NCBI GenBank assembly: GCA_012295275.1
Contig: CM022670.1
Span: forward strand, 19,964,001-20,028,000
Direction: 5' to 3'
Length of the DNA stretch: 64,000 nucleotides
From: Chrysomallon squamiferum
Lineage: Eukaryota > Animalia > Mollusca
Of the stretch, positions 34,001 through 48,259 are shown in pieces; the stretch's first letter is position 1, and each line of letters opens with the position of its first letter. The notes beneath the pieces were generated by a model, which did no database searches, was not told the DNA's origin, and saw only the letters and a program-made list of their open reading frames with translations. Position numbers and translations under genes: made by a program.

Positions 34001-37000
34001 ATGGTTTGTGACTTATTGCAACTTGAGACATCAAAAAACTTGTCCTTCTCTCAACATTCTGCATCACTTCTGTGGACACTTCTGCTTCTGTTTCATCAAA
34101 GTCAGCTTCATGTGCAGAATGCTTTTCTGCTTCTACACTAGCATCTCTAAACCACTGGGCTATGTAGAACTGTCTTGCAAACTGAAAATTAAATAAAATG
34201 CACGATTTAGAACTAAAATGAAATATTATGACGCAAAATTCTTTTCATGACTAAAACTTGACATATTTAAATTTTAAAAATGTTCATAATAAAGCAACAC
34301 TACTTTTTTAAAAATTAATTTATGTACTTATTAACAATGCCAGTTTAATTTAAGCTGAAGTTAAAAGTATTTTCTTTTCTTTATAATTCTATTACCTGAC
34401 AAAAACCTATTAAATTAATGATAGTTACCAGTAGAGAAGGATCATTTTGAGCATTGTAAGAGAGATATGTAAGCATTGCTTCCTGCAGACACTGTGTTGT
34501 ATCCATATTTTCTTTCTGAAAAAACAATGAATAAATGGTTATCATATGACATCTGCAAAATACCAACAAGTAAAAATTATAAATTATTTTAACTCTGAGC
34601 TATCTGAATTTTAAAAGAACTTACATAAAATACAGGTTGAGAAAAAAAAATATTTCATACCTTTTTCTTGACACTTTCCTCAGTTTCATCGTCTTCATCT
34701 TCATTGACCTAAATAGAAAATAACATGCACATTTCAATAATTGTATTATGACATAATATTTATTTCTAAATGACTATGGACCACAAACATTTTTATATCC
34801 TCTTTCAAACAATAGAATATTTCTGCAAATCATATAAAAAGTAAATCAAACAAGTAATAACAAACATTTTATTATATTAAACAGTTTCAAGAGGAAAATA
34901 AAGATCTTACCTTATGTGCAATTTCTTCAATCACTTCTGGATTCATCTGACTGCTAAGAGCATCTTTACGTAGTCTTGCAGCAACTATTCCCAGATATTC
35001 CAAAGAAGCTACTCTCAAAGACATATCAGTTGATTTGTTACTGAACTGCTGGACCTACACAAATATATTACATTTAATGAAAACAAATTCAAACAGATAA
35101 AAATGGAAAAAAAACATATGAGAGGTTTAAATATTTAGAGTAGAAGCTCAAATTTATCTGCTTAAACAAAGTATCTGTTCATTTAACAGTAACAAAGTAC
35201 CTGTTATTAAAAACCTCTGCAAAAGAAAATGTTACAAATTATTACAACATCTTTTTATTTAAATAAAGAAAGGTCGTTTAGGTTATTTCAAGAATAATAA
35301 GATATGAAACAGAAAAAAAGCAACATTGGAATGTCATATTTTATTTTATGTTCATTAACTGAAAAACAGCCATGAATATTAATCCATTAAACAAAACAAG
35401 ATCATCAATGTTAAACATATTTAACACCAATTTTCCATGTAAAAATTAATATTTATTATAACATGTATTCAGAAACAAATTACCAAGATTCTGCCCAAAA
35501 GACTGAGAAGTAACTCGGATGCTGGCCATTCTGGTTTATTTACTGTAGACAGTAAATCCTGAACAAAATTTTCAAACATTGGTCTGTAATCTTCCTCTCC
35601 TTTTGTTGTACATCTGCAGATAATTAATACATCTCAATATAAAATTTTAAAATTTTAAATAAAACTTAAGAATTAAAATTTTCATCAAATATTTTATACA
35701 GCAGTATTACCAAATCATCAGGAGATCAAATGGCCAATATATGGCAAAGTAGAAAACTTTCTGTTTCAATGAAATTAATGTACAAGTCTTTTGGTTTTGA
35801 TTTCAATCTATAATCAATAACATCAAAAATATTATTTTTTTCTTCAATATCAGCACTTAGCCTTTTCAGCTGAATTGAAAAAACAAAAGTTATCCTGCAG
35901 TATTATTTATCTGACAAGTATTTAATATTAATATAATCACAAAATGAACTTACTTTTTCAAGAACACTGAAAGAAAATTGTACCCAGTTCTCATGGCTGT
36001 CTCATATGACGTTACAATTACCACGTCACCAGAGGCCTGCAATAAAAATGTCCACTTTTGGTTTGGTGTAACAGGAAGAAAGGTTTTATTCAACTTTGAA
36101 AATCAGTAAACAAATTATTTTGATTACCTAATCAAGAAAAGCAATCTTATCTAGGAACATCTTTAAGAATAATAAAAACATATAATGGTGATAGAAAAAG
36201 ATACCAAACAAATTAAATATACATAAACCTTCACCAACTGGTAATGAATAATCTCAAATATAAAAAAAAAAAAAAGAATGTCATAATTTATTTTTTTTAC
36301 TTACCTTCTTAGATTTCTTTTCTTTTTCTTTGTCCTGGTCTTTCTCTTGTTCTTCCTCTGCAACATTTTCATTCTGAGTTTTTGTAGGCAGTTTTACAAC
36401 ACACTGTATTAACTGCAGAGCCAGTGCTGTTACCATCTGAATTGATTCTTCAGAATTCAATCTGTAAATAGCCAGTACTATTTAGTGTTGTTAACTTTGC
36501 AAAGATAAGATGTCTTCAAGCAGTGAAAAACTTATTTATAATTTTGTATTTGGCAATAATCTCATTAGACTAAGACCTTTAGTTACATCAAGAAATAAAG
36601 ATCCTTATTTGTTATTATTTTTTTCAATCTTTTTTCTTTCTTTCTTTGGGGGAGGAGTTGTGAACATACCTGTAGTTTCTGAGATTTCTTTTACTGGATG
36701 GAAGTCTTGCTAAACTTGCAAAGATGTCTTCCAAAATAAGCTGCCTATGTTTCTCATACCTTGAAAATATCTGGGGAAAAGATCACAATATACATGTAAT
36801 AACAATTAAATATAAATACTAAAATTAAAAATAATAAAAAACATAAAAAAATTGTCATTTTACAAGTTATTATTACTTAAGATTTTCTAGAATTTTTAAA
36901 TCATAAATCTAAAAAAATAATTCCAAATATAATTTAATACTGAAGATGTAAATTATAAAAGATACTATTTTCACTGGAACAATCAATTATGGTTTTTCAT

Positions 37001-40000
37001 GTTAATGGAAACATTTTATGAGAATTTTTGGGGAAATGTAATGTTACTTACTGTGGTGACTAATTTCATTGCACTCAACTGAAGTTCACTGATATTCTCA
37101 ACAAAGAATGTTGACACTCCCAGTGTGGAAACCTGTAAAGGGAACATTTTCAAGTTTCATTTGATAAATGAACATTTATAATGTTATACAACAGACATGC
37201 TACATGCAACAGAGCAAGAATGGAATTTGTAATAAAAAATGTCCACTTTTGGTTTTGATATACCAGATATGTCCAACTACTTAAAGCAGTTTAAGTAACT
37301 GCTGAGTTATTTATTTGTTGGTTTTGTTTCTTTCTTTTTGTGTGAAGCTTTTGTGATATTCATCACAAATGACATTGATTCTGAAAAATAAACTGACCTG
37401 AAGAATAATTGTATCAGTAAGCTCCTGAATCTCCAATAATTCTGCCAGACTGCTGACCAAATCACAGAGTTTATTGTACAATGTTATGGTTGATTTGTGT
37501 TTCACTGTCACAGCCCTTGCTCTTTTCTGTTTCAAACTGCCATGATAGCCATCTGAATGGATGGAAAGAAACAAAATTATTACAGATCACTCTCATAAAG
37601 AATAATTTAATTTTTTTTACAATCACAGAAATAATAAGTCAGGTTATCATAGTGCAGCAACATACAATAATATCTCTGCACAACCAGCTTGAATATTTGT
37701 ATGTACCTTTATCTTTTGTATTTATCCTGTACACTGGATCAAATTCTGGATAAACTGTATTATGGAGCTGGAACTTGCCAAAGAGAATCATTCTCTCTAT
37801 GACATCTTCGAGGTAAACTTGTTTTGGCATATCACGACATGTCATCACATGTATTGCTGAGAGACAAGCATCCATACTTCTCATAATCCTTTCCATTGTT
37901 AACTGTCTCCACAGTTTTTCTTCTTCCATGTCATCTTCCCCCTGAAAAATATGTCAGTATTATTAAATATTATTTTATAAAATATACTCTTCATATGTAT
38001 TTTATTTAGAATAAACAATTCAAGATCTCAAAGAAAACAAAAGATGAACCATTAAAAAACGTATACCCAATTATGTCCATAAATTTTAATTTATCCATAT
38101 GAAATGATGTTTTACCTGGTTAACATTTGGAGTTAGTCTGACACCATCCCTGATATTCCATTGCAAAATGGTCAGCAGTTTGACTAGTCTGTCAGGAGGT
38201 ATCTGTCGCAAAGCAAACAAAAAACTGTTATTTATGAGGGAAAAGATTTGTTTGAATTAGATTATTTTGTGCTTGAAGATAAACATTATTAAAAAAACAA
38301 AAAACATAACTTTACTGAATATTCAATTGTTAGCATTCAGGACACAAAATTCAAGAAACAGAAGCTACACATACAATTTTAACCTGGACTATAACTAAAC
38401 TAACAAAAAGATATTAATTTTACTGTTCAAAATATATATCCAACAAATAAAGAGAGAAAATTACCTGGTTCAAAACACCCATGGATTTCAGTTTAGCAGC
38501 TTCTCCACAAATGTCTGCCAAAACCCCTTTGGCAATTAATGTTTCAGCAGGGCATTCCTGCTCATCATCATCTATGTAGAGCAAGATGTATAAATTTAAA
38601 ATTTTAAGTCTTTTAAAAGGAAAATATTTCCTTTTGCTTGGAGGATTTGTGATGTCAAAATTGTCTTTCATTATTGTATTTTTGTTTACCTTGTAATTAC
38701 CAGTTTTTATACCTAATAAAAGTTGGACAAACATACTACACTAATTCATTAAAATTCCTATTTTCACAGTGTCAAGTTTAGACAATATAAACTATAACTA
38801 GATAGCAATGTAGTTTTTCACTGGTATGTTTACATGAGGAAAAGGTTTCATCATATAAATCCAATTACCAAATACTCACTTATATCTATTCTGGCAAAAC
38901 TGACTTCATCGGCACTATCAAATACATAATCCATGCACCGTGTTAATTTATTGAAAGTAGGACTTTCTAAAAGTTCATCAACACTAAGATGCACATAAGC
39001 ACTTCGTTTTTGTCTTTTTTCCTTTTTTCTCTTCCTGGCAGCTAAAACAGTGAAAACAATTATAACTGTTAAAAGGATCAAAACAATTTTTGGAAAATGT
39101 TTATATCAGTTTTAAAAATATGACTGCAACATATAACACACAAATATCTATATTTAGCAAAAGAAAATTTAACATCTGAATCAGGCAAAGGAAACAGGCC
39201 ATTTTCTTTCAAGAAAATAAAAATGCATAAGACAATTAATCAGATACTGTACTGGTTCGATTAAAAAGGGTAATCACTCACCGTATGTTTCTTCGTCTTC
39301 TTCGGGTATTTCCATTTCAACAATTTCATCTTCTTCACTTGATACAGAATGATGCTTTCTTTTTGAACCTGAAAAAAAAGAAAGAAAATGAATAATGATA
39401 AAAAAATATAAGTAATAATAAAATAAAGTACACATTTATATTATTTTTGTTTTAGATACACTTTCAAATTTAAAAAAAGGAAGATATTAAAACCAACCTC
39501 TGTGTCTGTCTTCACTTCTTTCTCCACGACGATGTCTGGAGAGTTTGGCTGAGAAGCCTCTTTCTTTTTCTGAACGCACCAAATTAAACCGTAATCCACC
39601 ATCAGCATCTCGAATCATATTCCTTCGTTTGGCAGAATCAACCCCAGAAACATTTTTAACTGAAACAAATATTTTTTCAATAATAAATAAATAAAAATCA
39701 CACTGACAAATAAATATTATTTATGAAGTTTATATTAAAAAAAACACAAAAAAAACAACATTTCAGACCGAAAATACTGTTACTTTACTTTATAGCAATT
39801 TAATCATGTTTAAATTAATCTTCCTAATATGTAGTTTTAAGGTTCGTTACCTAGTCTTTCTAATATTACTAAAATATATTTTTTACTGTATATTATAAAA
39901 TTGCAAATACCCACAAATGTTTTCACATTCTTGTAAATTCAGAGTACAATAACAGTACAAATTCACATTTAAAAAAAATTATAATAATAAACTCAATGCA

Positions 40001-43000
40001 TATAATAATAAAAAAAACATGAATAAAAAAGAATACAAACAATGATACAACATGCATTCAGTGGTTGTTTTAAAAATTATAATATATAAGGCCCACTGTT
40101 ATTAAAAGAATAAATCATTTTACCACGGTGAGGTAATAATTACAGTCATTAGCAATTACAAATTATAACTAATCCTGTTTCATTTCTAAGATTTAAAAAA
40201 GCAAAAAAAATAAAGAAAAGTTTAAAATGAAAGAATGAAGTCAATAATTTTTTTTTATTTTTTTTTTAGAAAAACCTGACCCAAAAAAATAAAAAAGATG
40301 AAACCAGAAAAATGATAAGAATAAAAATAAAATTTAATGAATAAAATCTGTTCAAAGATTTCAATTCCAGAATTCATGTATTCTTTAAATTTATCTTAAT
40401 GTAAGTTGGCACTAAAATACTAACAAATTAGAAAAAAGAAAAGACAAAAACGATAGCTTTTGTATTACAAATAGTCTAAGAACTACTAATTTATTTGTAT
40501 GTACAATATATTCAAAATTAATCATACAAGATTAAAATGAATGATTCCATTAACTGGTTATTATTTATTATCACTATATTCACATTAACTATAACATTGT
40601 AATTAGCAAACATTTCACACAATGAATGCAAGAATTATGGAATATTATAGCTGAATGTTAATAATTCATGTCAACTTTTCAAAAATATTTTGTACAGAGA
40701 ATCCAAAACCAATCACAAATATTCCTTATCTCCAACAAAGAACAAATCTCATCAAGGAAATTATGGTTAATAAGAACATGGTTGGAAAAAAAAAAGAGTG
40801 CAACTGGTGGAATAAATTAACCAATCCCAAAATAAAATGAATATCATAGAGATAGAGAAAAAGAAAATCTACCTTCTATGTTAATATCTCGGGATGGTAA
40901 TTCATCTCCGTTCAACAGCATTCCATCTGAATTCAAAGCATTAAAATACTAAAGTTTTATAAACAGTTACTAAATTAAGAACTTAGAAATAAAATAAAAT
41001 AAAATGTCTCTAATGAACAGGAAATAAGGATGAAGTTTAACTTAAAGTAAAAATTATATTGTATTTCTTACTAACCTGTACCACCTGTTGCATGAATGGT
41101 TTTCAGAGTCTGGAAAGTAAAAACAAATTAAAATTGAAGATCTACTATATTACAGGTTGCTTGTTACATACATATAATTTTTTAACAATAAGCCATTCGG
41201 TATAACTTATTCTACCAGCATTTTAATGATTACATTAATATCTACTAAGTTTTTAATGTTATCAATAAACATCCAATATCACCAACATTCTTCACCCTTT
41301 TCCCATGCACTTTTAAGTATACTCTTCACATTAAATTGTTTTGATAAACATGAACTCCCAATGAACTTTTGAAAATTACATAGCATATGAGATGACATGC
41401 TGCATAAATGAATAGTAAACCAATCCAAGAAAGCCACCTGAAACTTGGTGAAATATACATCTGAATATGAACCAGTGAGATTAAATGAGTTTCAAAAATG
41501 TGTCAAGAAAATCTGTGTACACAGATGAAAAATGTTAATTTTCCTTAACCATTTCCTGATCTGTGGCAAATCTTAGTATGAATGTTTTCTTTTTTTTCTT
41601 TATTCAGTTATTATTAATTTTCACATAAAGATTGTAAATGGCTACTGACAACTTAACAGTTTATAAATGTATGTAAAAGTCATTATTTTCTGTATTTACC
41701 TTTGAGATCATTTAATTTTGTTAAAAGTATAAGTTTCTGGGACTAATACACACAAATACATCTGAACACAAGTATGCATGAATTTGACAAATGTTGCATA
41801 ATTTTAACAGAAATTACTCTAATGTAACAAACATCAAAAAATATATATATACATGATTTATCCTTTCTTATGTTAATATTTTAACATGTTTTTACAAACT
41901 TTTTCAGTCAAGATAGATGAGTAAATATTACAATGCAAAAGTCTAACTGGTAAACAAGTACTACAATCACTAGAAGTTAATTTCCAAAAATGATGACTAT
42001 ATGCTGTATGACAAAAATATAGAATTAATGCCAAACTACAATGCACTGGAAATGGAATCAGTTATTAGAAAAATTATTTAAATGATCAATATATTCAAAA
42101 AGTGTAATAAACTGTAATAAAAAACATGAAATAATTATATTCCTTGGCAGCTTTACTTTATTTTGTTGGGTTTTTGTTGTTTTGGGGGATTTTTTATTAA
42201 CTATCTGAAAATAATGAAGTAAAAAAAGAGGGTTTTTGTGAAAGCTGTATTTTGAAAACAAAGACCTGGATCATAATTCTTTAAGGAAATGTATTATAAA
42301 AAAATAGTTAAATGCTTTAAAAAAATAACTTAAACACACAAAAACAATACCTACCCATTTTCAGCCAAATAGGCAAAAAAACACTATAAACACTTACTTT
42401 TTCTATATGACTTTTGTCCTAACTTAATCCAGCAGTCAGGAAATTAAATGACTTATACACCAGAGTTCATAAAGTGGTGTACATTTAGAACAATGCAATA
42501 ACATTAAAAGGTAACAAAATTTTAACACCTACAGCAGCATCAAGTGGTTCTAAAAGAACAACAAGTCCACCAGATTTCTTGGAAGAATCCGATTTCTTGT
42601 GTTTTGATCTTGATGAATCACTTGCTTTTTCAGGTGTTTCAGACCTATCCATTTCCATGGTGGCACCAGTCTGATCATCAAGAATAAACATTGAATTTGA
42701 ATGTCTCCTCGACTTTCTATTACTTCTCTGCAGTTTTGCAGATTCACTGTGATATGGGACAGAAGAAGATGGCTGCTGAGTAACTTGTTCTCGTACAAAT
42801 TTTTCTGCAGATGTTGCTTGTGCTGGTGATGTTGCTAATTGGAGAAACATCAGAACATCAGTCTCAGATTTAAATGTTGTTTTCTTTTTATATACACTAC
42901 AAATTAAATCTATTTCATTCAAAGAAAAAATATATGACTGAATTATATTATGAAATCAGTTATTTACTTCTTCTTTTTTTAAATTCATATCAAAATAAGA

Positions 43001-45557
43001 AATCGGTTTCATACTTTATTGTGTTTAAACAAAGGTATATAAAAATTAAAATTTATGAACCTGCCAACTTGTTTTGTTCCCTGCTATTTGATCTCTGTGC
43101 CTGAGACTCTGCCAGTAACATGCCATCTGATAAATAACAGTCTCCATTTATGGTTGCTGAAATTTTTTTTAAAAAGTAGTAAAAATTAACAAACATTTTT
43201 CTTAATATACTGCATTAGATACTGCTATTGTTTAACAGTTAATAAAATACATTTTCAAAAAAAGCCATTCAACTTGTACAAATTTCTATTCAAATTAGCA
43301 TACTACTAATCATAAATAGCATATAAAGTAACACAAAATCAAGCAATATTTTATTATTTTACCTGGACTTTGATACTGTTTCTGGGAAAATGATGTAAAT
43401 TCTTGTTGAAAATGTGAACTGGTATGCTGTGGCATATTACTGTGCGCGTGAATGCTTGGTTGATGTGGTTGACTGAAAAAGTCATTGAAAAAATATATAT
43501 TTACATTAAATGCATTTTTTTAAGTAAGAAACAATGGAGGAAAGATCAATATAAATGAATTATGTTTTAAAGTTATTATTTATGTTGGACATAATTCATC
43601 AGATAACAGTTAAAATGATTTAGAAAAGATGTCTTCCCTTTGTCATTTAAAAAAATCAAATGCCAACTTAAAAAATGTACAGTGTAAACCAATTACTCAG
43701 TAGCTTAGAAACCAATATCATTATTAATAAATTTACATCAAAGTCAATAATTCTAAAAATTAAAAGCTTACGTTGATAAATATTTCTGTTGATGACTACT
43801 ATGTGGTGATATCTGAGATAATGGTTGTGGAATAATGTGTCCATGCTGTTTGTTTCCAAGTGAGGTCGTTGGCGATGAAACTCCTGAAAATGAAATCAAG
43901 ACTTTCAAAAAGAATAACTACAAAAAGGCTCCTCCAAAAATAATTGTTTTTAATTATATAACATATTTCAAATTAAAACAATCAGTAGGTTTTTTCCCAA
44001 ATATTACACATCTGAATCAACTTTTTTTCTTTGGAGGTTTACTACTGATTATATATTTTTAAAGAAAAAACCTTCTAACATTAAAATAAAAACTTTTAAA
44101 ATTATCTTAGTTATATGGCATTCTTACCATCACAAACTTTTCCTACACTGAAAACAGTTGGATTCTTTGCCAAAACAGACTTCAGTAATATAGGAATATC
44201 ACCTTCTATAGAATCAGAAGCAAGGTTGTCTTTTAGTTCTCTGCAAAAAAATATAATTCAATATAATTATTACATCACAAATCTGAATGAAGATAAGGTT
44301 TTAAAAAACCTAAAAAGATATTTCCACTGCATTACATCCTCTAGCAGTCACAATATATAAAATTATAGGATCTCTGGTGCATAGTAGCATGTTTCCATCT
44401 GTACAATAAGATGTATGGGTAACTTTTGTTTTAAATATGCAGGAATGCTAAGTACCAAATGTAAGCAAGTAACCATTTCCATTACAATATGCAATTTCTG
44501 CTATTTGTGTATAGTTTTTGATGGTCATCATTCCAAATAACAGTATAATTAACAAATTATGGATTCCTGTCCAATAAATGATAATCTCAGTAAGCAATTT
44601 GAGCACATTTTCTCATCCAACAATTTAAAAATATATATAAAAAAATAGAGCAAAGTACACCTTTATTTTGTTTAATCACTCATTTTTTTCAGGTAGACAT
44701 ACTCTTTTTTAAATTTTTGATAAATTACTTTTAAAAGAATATCATAGAATGGCATACATTATTCATAAATTATTACATAGAGAAAGAAAATGATTTAACT
44801 TTTAATTTTTGTTTTAACTTATTTCAAAGGATATTTATATTATGTGGCTTTAAACCACTACCAATTAATGTAACTTTCTACAGTAAAAAAATGAACTTAC
44901 ATGTGATCAGTTGAAGTCTGTTGCAATGCCTGTGCCAGCTGAAGAGACAGCTTTTCATCACGTGTTGCTAGAATTTTGGTTGCATCATCAGCTATCTTTT
45001 GACTATACAACAAACTCTTATTGTGCATAGTTTGTGGCAGTGGGGTAGGAAGTGGCAATTGTGGCAACACTGAAAAAATTATTTACAACATTAGAAGATG
45101 GGACTTCAAATAAAAAAGATAATATAACAGTAGAACTAAAAAAAAAAGTATTACAATTTCTTCTACAAATAATAAAAATAAAATTATTCTGAAGCTATAT
45201 AATTCTTATGCAGCTCACTATTCAAAATTATTATAACAAACATAAATATTAATTAAATGAATTATTACAGTGTCACTTTTAATAAAATAAGCTGAATAAA
45301 TAAAGAAAAAGTTTATTTCCAACATTCTGTGTAGTAACATTAAATTTATGCAAACCTATAAAGATATAGTTTACAATGCTATTCTGTAAATTATCACTTC
45401 TAAGAATTGCAAATCACTTTACGTAAGCTGTACAGAAAACAATGCCATGATTCTTATAACAAAATATGTTCCTGAACTGTAAATATTTCTTACAGTCTGT
45501 CAGACTCGAGATGCCTGCCAAAGTTGTTATGGGAACACTTGGTGTTTCTCCGTTCAT
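22096..45557 (-). CDS. NIPBL: Nipped-B-like protein (Scc2 cohesin loader), 49 coding exons, ~2087 aa
   Basis: Starts MNGETPSVPITTLAGISSLTDLLPQLPLPTPLP (ATG 45557), then IELKDNL; HEAT-region motifs DYRPMFENFVQDLLSTVNKPEWPASELLL, SKRPFAQSFDIYL, AVRTKAMKCL, DTGISVRKRVIKI, QGLVHPVQCVPYLI, ADNLAFFNYQTQDEPLF. Exons from 45557-45494, 45069-44901, 44240-44128 through 23535-23361, 22854-22672, 22344-22096 are phase-consistent and sum to 6264 nt. The low-complexity exons between 43883 and 39282 are less certain. Confidence 0.96.
23676..24377. mobile_element. Non-autonomous Tc1/mariner-pogo (Tigger-like) MITE in NIPBL intron
   Basis: Left end TA|CAGTATTCCCTCGCTATTCGCGG; right end reverse complement CAGTATACCCTCACCTGTTCGCGG; subterminal CCGCGAA/CGCAAAT repeats, CpG-rich relative to flanks; 702 bp, no transposase. 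Right flank is GA rather than TA. Confidence 0.85.
28595..29241. mobile_element. Non-autonomous DNA transposon (hAT-like termini) with target-site duplication
   Basis: Left end TAGGGCTCGAAA, right end reverse complement CAGATCTCAAAA; exact direct repeat TACATAAAA at 28586-28594 and 29242-29250; subterminal GGCGAC/GGTCGC/GGTGAC motifs. Confidence 0.7.
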
Positions 45558-47341
45558 CTTTAACAACCCTACATGACAACAGATCTGTAAAAGAAACAAG
45601 ACATTTCAATATTTTGAATAAATTATACACCAGTGTTTATTAGTTATTTAAAAAATGTATATTCAATTTTAAATTACTTATCTTTATGGAAAAGAACAAA
45701 TCTGAAACAGATTTATAATTCATTTGTAAGATACTAATAGTAAATGCATATGGTAAATGAGAACTATCATTTCTAAGCTATAAAAATAACAAATAGCATA
45801 TTAAACATATTTTATGACAGGCTAGACTGATTTTTTTTTTTTACTCCTTGTATACCAGAAGAAAATAAAGCCTTAATCATAACTTCTTTGAATAAATAAC
45901 ATAATGAAATAAACATCAAGCAAATAAAGCTTAACACTGTTATAAAATTAATCATAACTTTCTGGATAGGATACATTTTCATTATTAAAAATAATTAGTG
46001 TTTTTACTAAATAAAAAATATACATATATAGATTAGATAATATGAAGAACAAAATTGCTTCTTAGCAAAAAGAATATTCACCTACAGAAATTGGACCTTT
46101 TGCTGATGAAACAAAAACTAAACTAACTTTCATGTTAATGTTATTCTAATTAATGTATTAGTATTCAAGCATACTTGAACACGTTAAGATTGTTTTTCTT
46201 TTTCAAATGTAAAGGCATGCATATCTTAAATTATACTTTTTAGAACTTTACAAAGAAAAAGACATCTCTGATTGGGTTTGTGTTTATCACTGTATTTCAT
46301 ATTTGAATGTATTACTGTAAAACTTGAAGATCCTAGTTATGTGTAATCTACAAGATGTATCAACTTTGAGCTTATATCTAATCAGTTTAACTATCAACAC
46401 ATCTTACAGATATACAAGATGTTATTATACTTATTCTTAAAATTATACACATTATATATATGTATACAGTTGAATAAACTGTGAAAACATAATAATTTTA
46501 GCGTTTCAATGATTATATTTCTTCAGGAAATGTTGCTCTTGAAGTATTAATAATAATAATTAAAAAAAATAATAATAATTTATATTTTTGTACTTACATG
46601 TAAGAATTAAGAAATGCCATCCAACTATGTTATTAATACTGCTGCATTAACAGTAAATGAGTATTTAAGCTTATAAATTTATTGTAATAATGAATATTAT
46701 CTTGATTTCTTATTTTCTAAAAAAAACAAATTTACTTTACAAATATGGTGATGTTCAGATCATTATGCTTATAATATTTACTTTGTTTACATTTCAGTCA
46801 TTTATACTCATCTGAATTACTGATAAAAAAAAAATGTATTAGTAGAAATTAAGTTTTTTATAGTTTAACTTTTCACAGACGTGAAAATGACAAATGGCGG
46901 AAGAGTTATTTCCCTTAAAAAATAGTCCATGAATGTGGCTTCCATACTTGTGACCTAATCAACAGATCAATGTAAAACAGAACATACACCGACCATCTAG
47001 CATAAATATCTAATTAAACCTAATGATTTCAATTGTAAAAGATGTAATAAAAACAGTACATTACAATAAGTATCCCAAATATGTCTTTATATTACGAATT
47101 TAAGGCATAAATTGTAAACAAACAAGCAGTAGGATGTCAGTAGATGAAAAGACAAGCGCACGTAAATTGTAATTGCTAAAAACAGGCACGTAATTCTCAG
47201 ATCTCATTTTAAGTGCAAACAGTTTTACGTATGATTAATATTTCGCTATGACACTGTCAACCTTTGAGCATGATCTAATAAAGCAATGAAAGTAAATATC
47301 TGTGACAAACGAGAAATCCATTGTAAAGACTCCTCACTCAC

Positions 47342-47520
47342 CTGTGTTATTTGCAGATATATTGGAATCCGGTAACATGAAATTTATGGTACTTGTACCA
47401 CTTACATCTGGAATAAATAGCTGATAACTTATGTCCCCATTTTTACCAAAATCAGGGAAATCAGAGGTGTATTTAAGTGTTTAATTTTGGCATTTCTAAC
47501 AATAACCCGCGCCAAAATTA
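47342..47520 (-). promoter_or_regulatory. Probable non-coding first exon and promoter of NIPBL with E2F-like site
   Basis: Strong minus-strand donor CAG|GTGAGT at 47342/47341; the ATG exon has its own acceptor at 45585, so an upstream UTR exon is required; TTTGGCGC (minus, 47509-47516) fits E2F consensus TTTSSCGC. 5' boundary approximate. Confidence 0.55.
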
Positions 47521-47837
47521 AGACAACCTAACAACGACATTGGGATCAAAATTGTACAAAATATAGTTCGAAATGGAATATGCATTTATTGAGAATCGTT
47601 ATAAATTTATGTATATGCATGATATTGTAGATATTATATTACTAGGTTTAAGACCACTGTTATAGTTTATGCTTATTTTTATTAATACTACATGTAACAA
47701 CAAAGCGGAATTTTAGTTTTGTGTCCCAAATCGCCTTTGAAAGTAGTTCAACCAGACGGCCAAGACTGGTAAAATACTATTCTCCTGACAACTTCACCAA
47801 CGTATTAAGCCATTTTCTTTACATACATATATTTTGA

Positions 47838-47839
<2 letters not shown>

Positions 47840-47901
<62 letters not shown>
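47840..47901. repeat. (ATT)n microsatellite
   Basis: Long perfect ATT run. Confidence 0.95.
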
Positions 47902-47904
<3 letters not shown>

Positions 47905-48215
47905 AAACTTTTTAAATGAATTTACAGCAGCTACTAAAACCATGGTCGTTATTAACTGGAGGAAAGAAATAAATGAATAATGGGTTAAAGACAGCTTAAC
48001 ACATTTTAATTAATATGCTATTACTGTCGAAGTATGGATATTATGAATATGATCACGGCCGTTTAAGTATCAGATATTTTTTTTATTGAAACAATAAATT
48101 TGTCGCCCTATTTAATATATTTTTAAAAATTTATATAATTGTAAGCAATCTTGCAGAAGGTCCGCAATACTTTCATGAATCCTAGATATTTATTATTATT
48201 AATATTTTATTTTTA

Positions 48216-48259
<44 letters not shown>

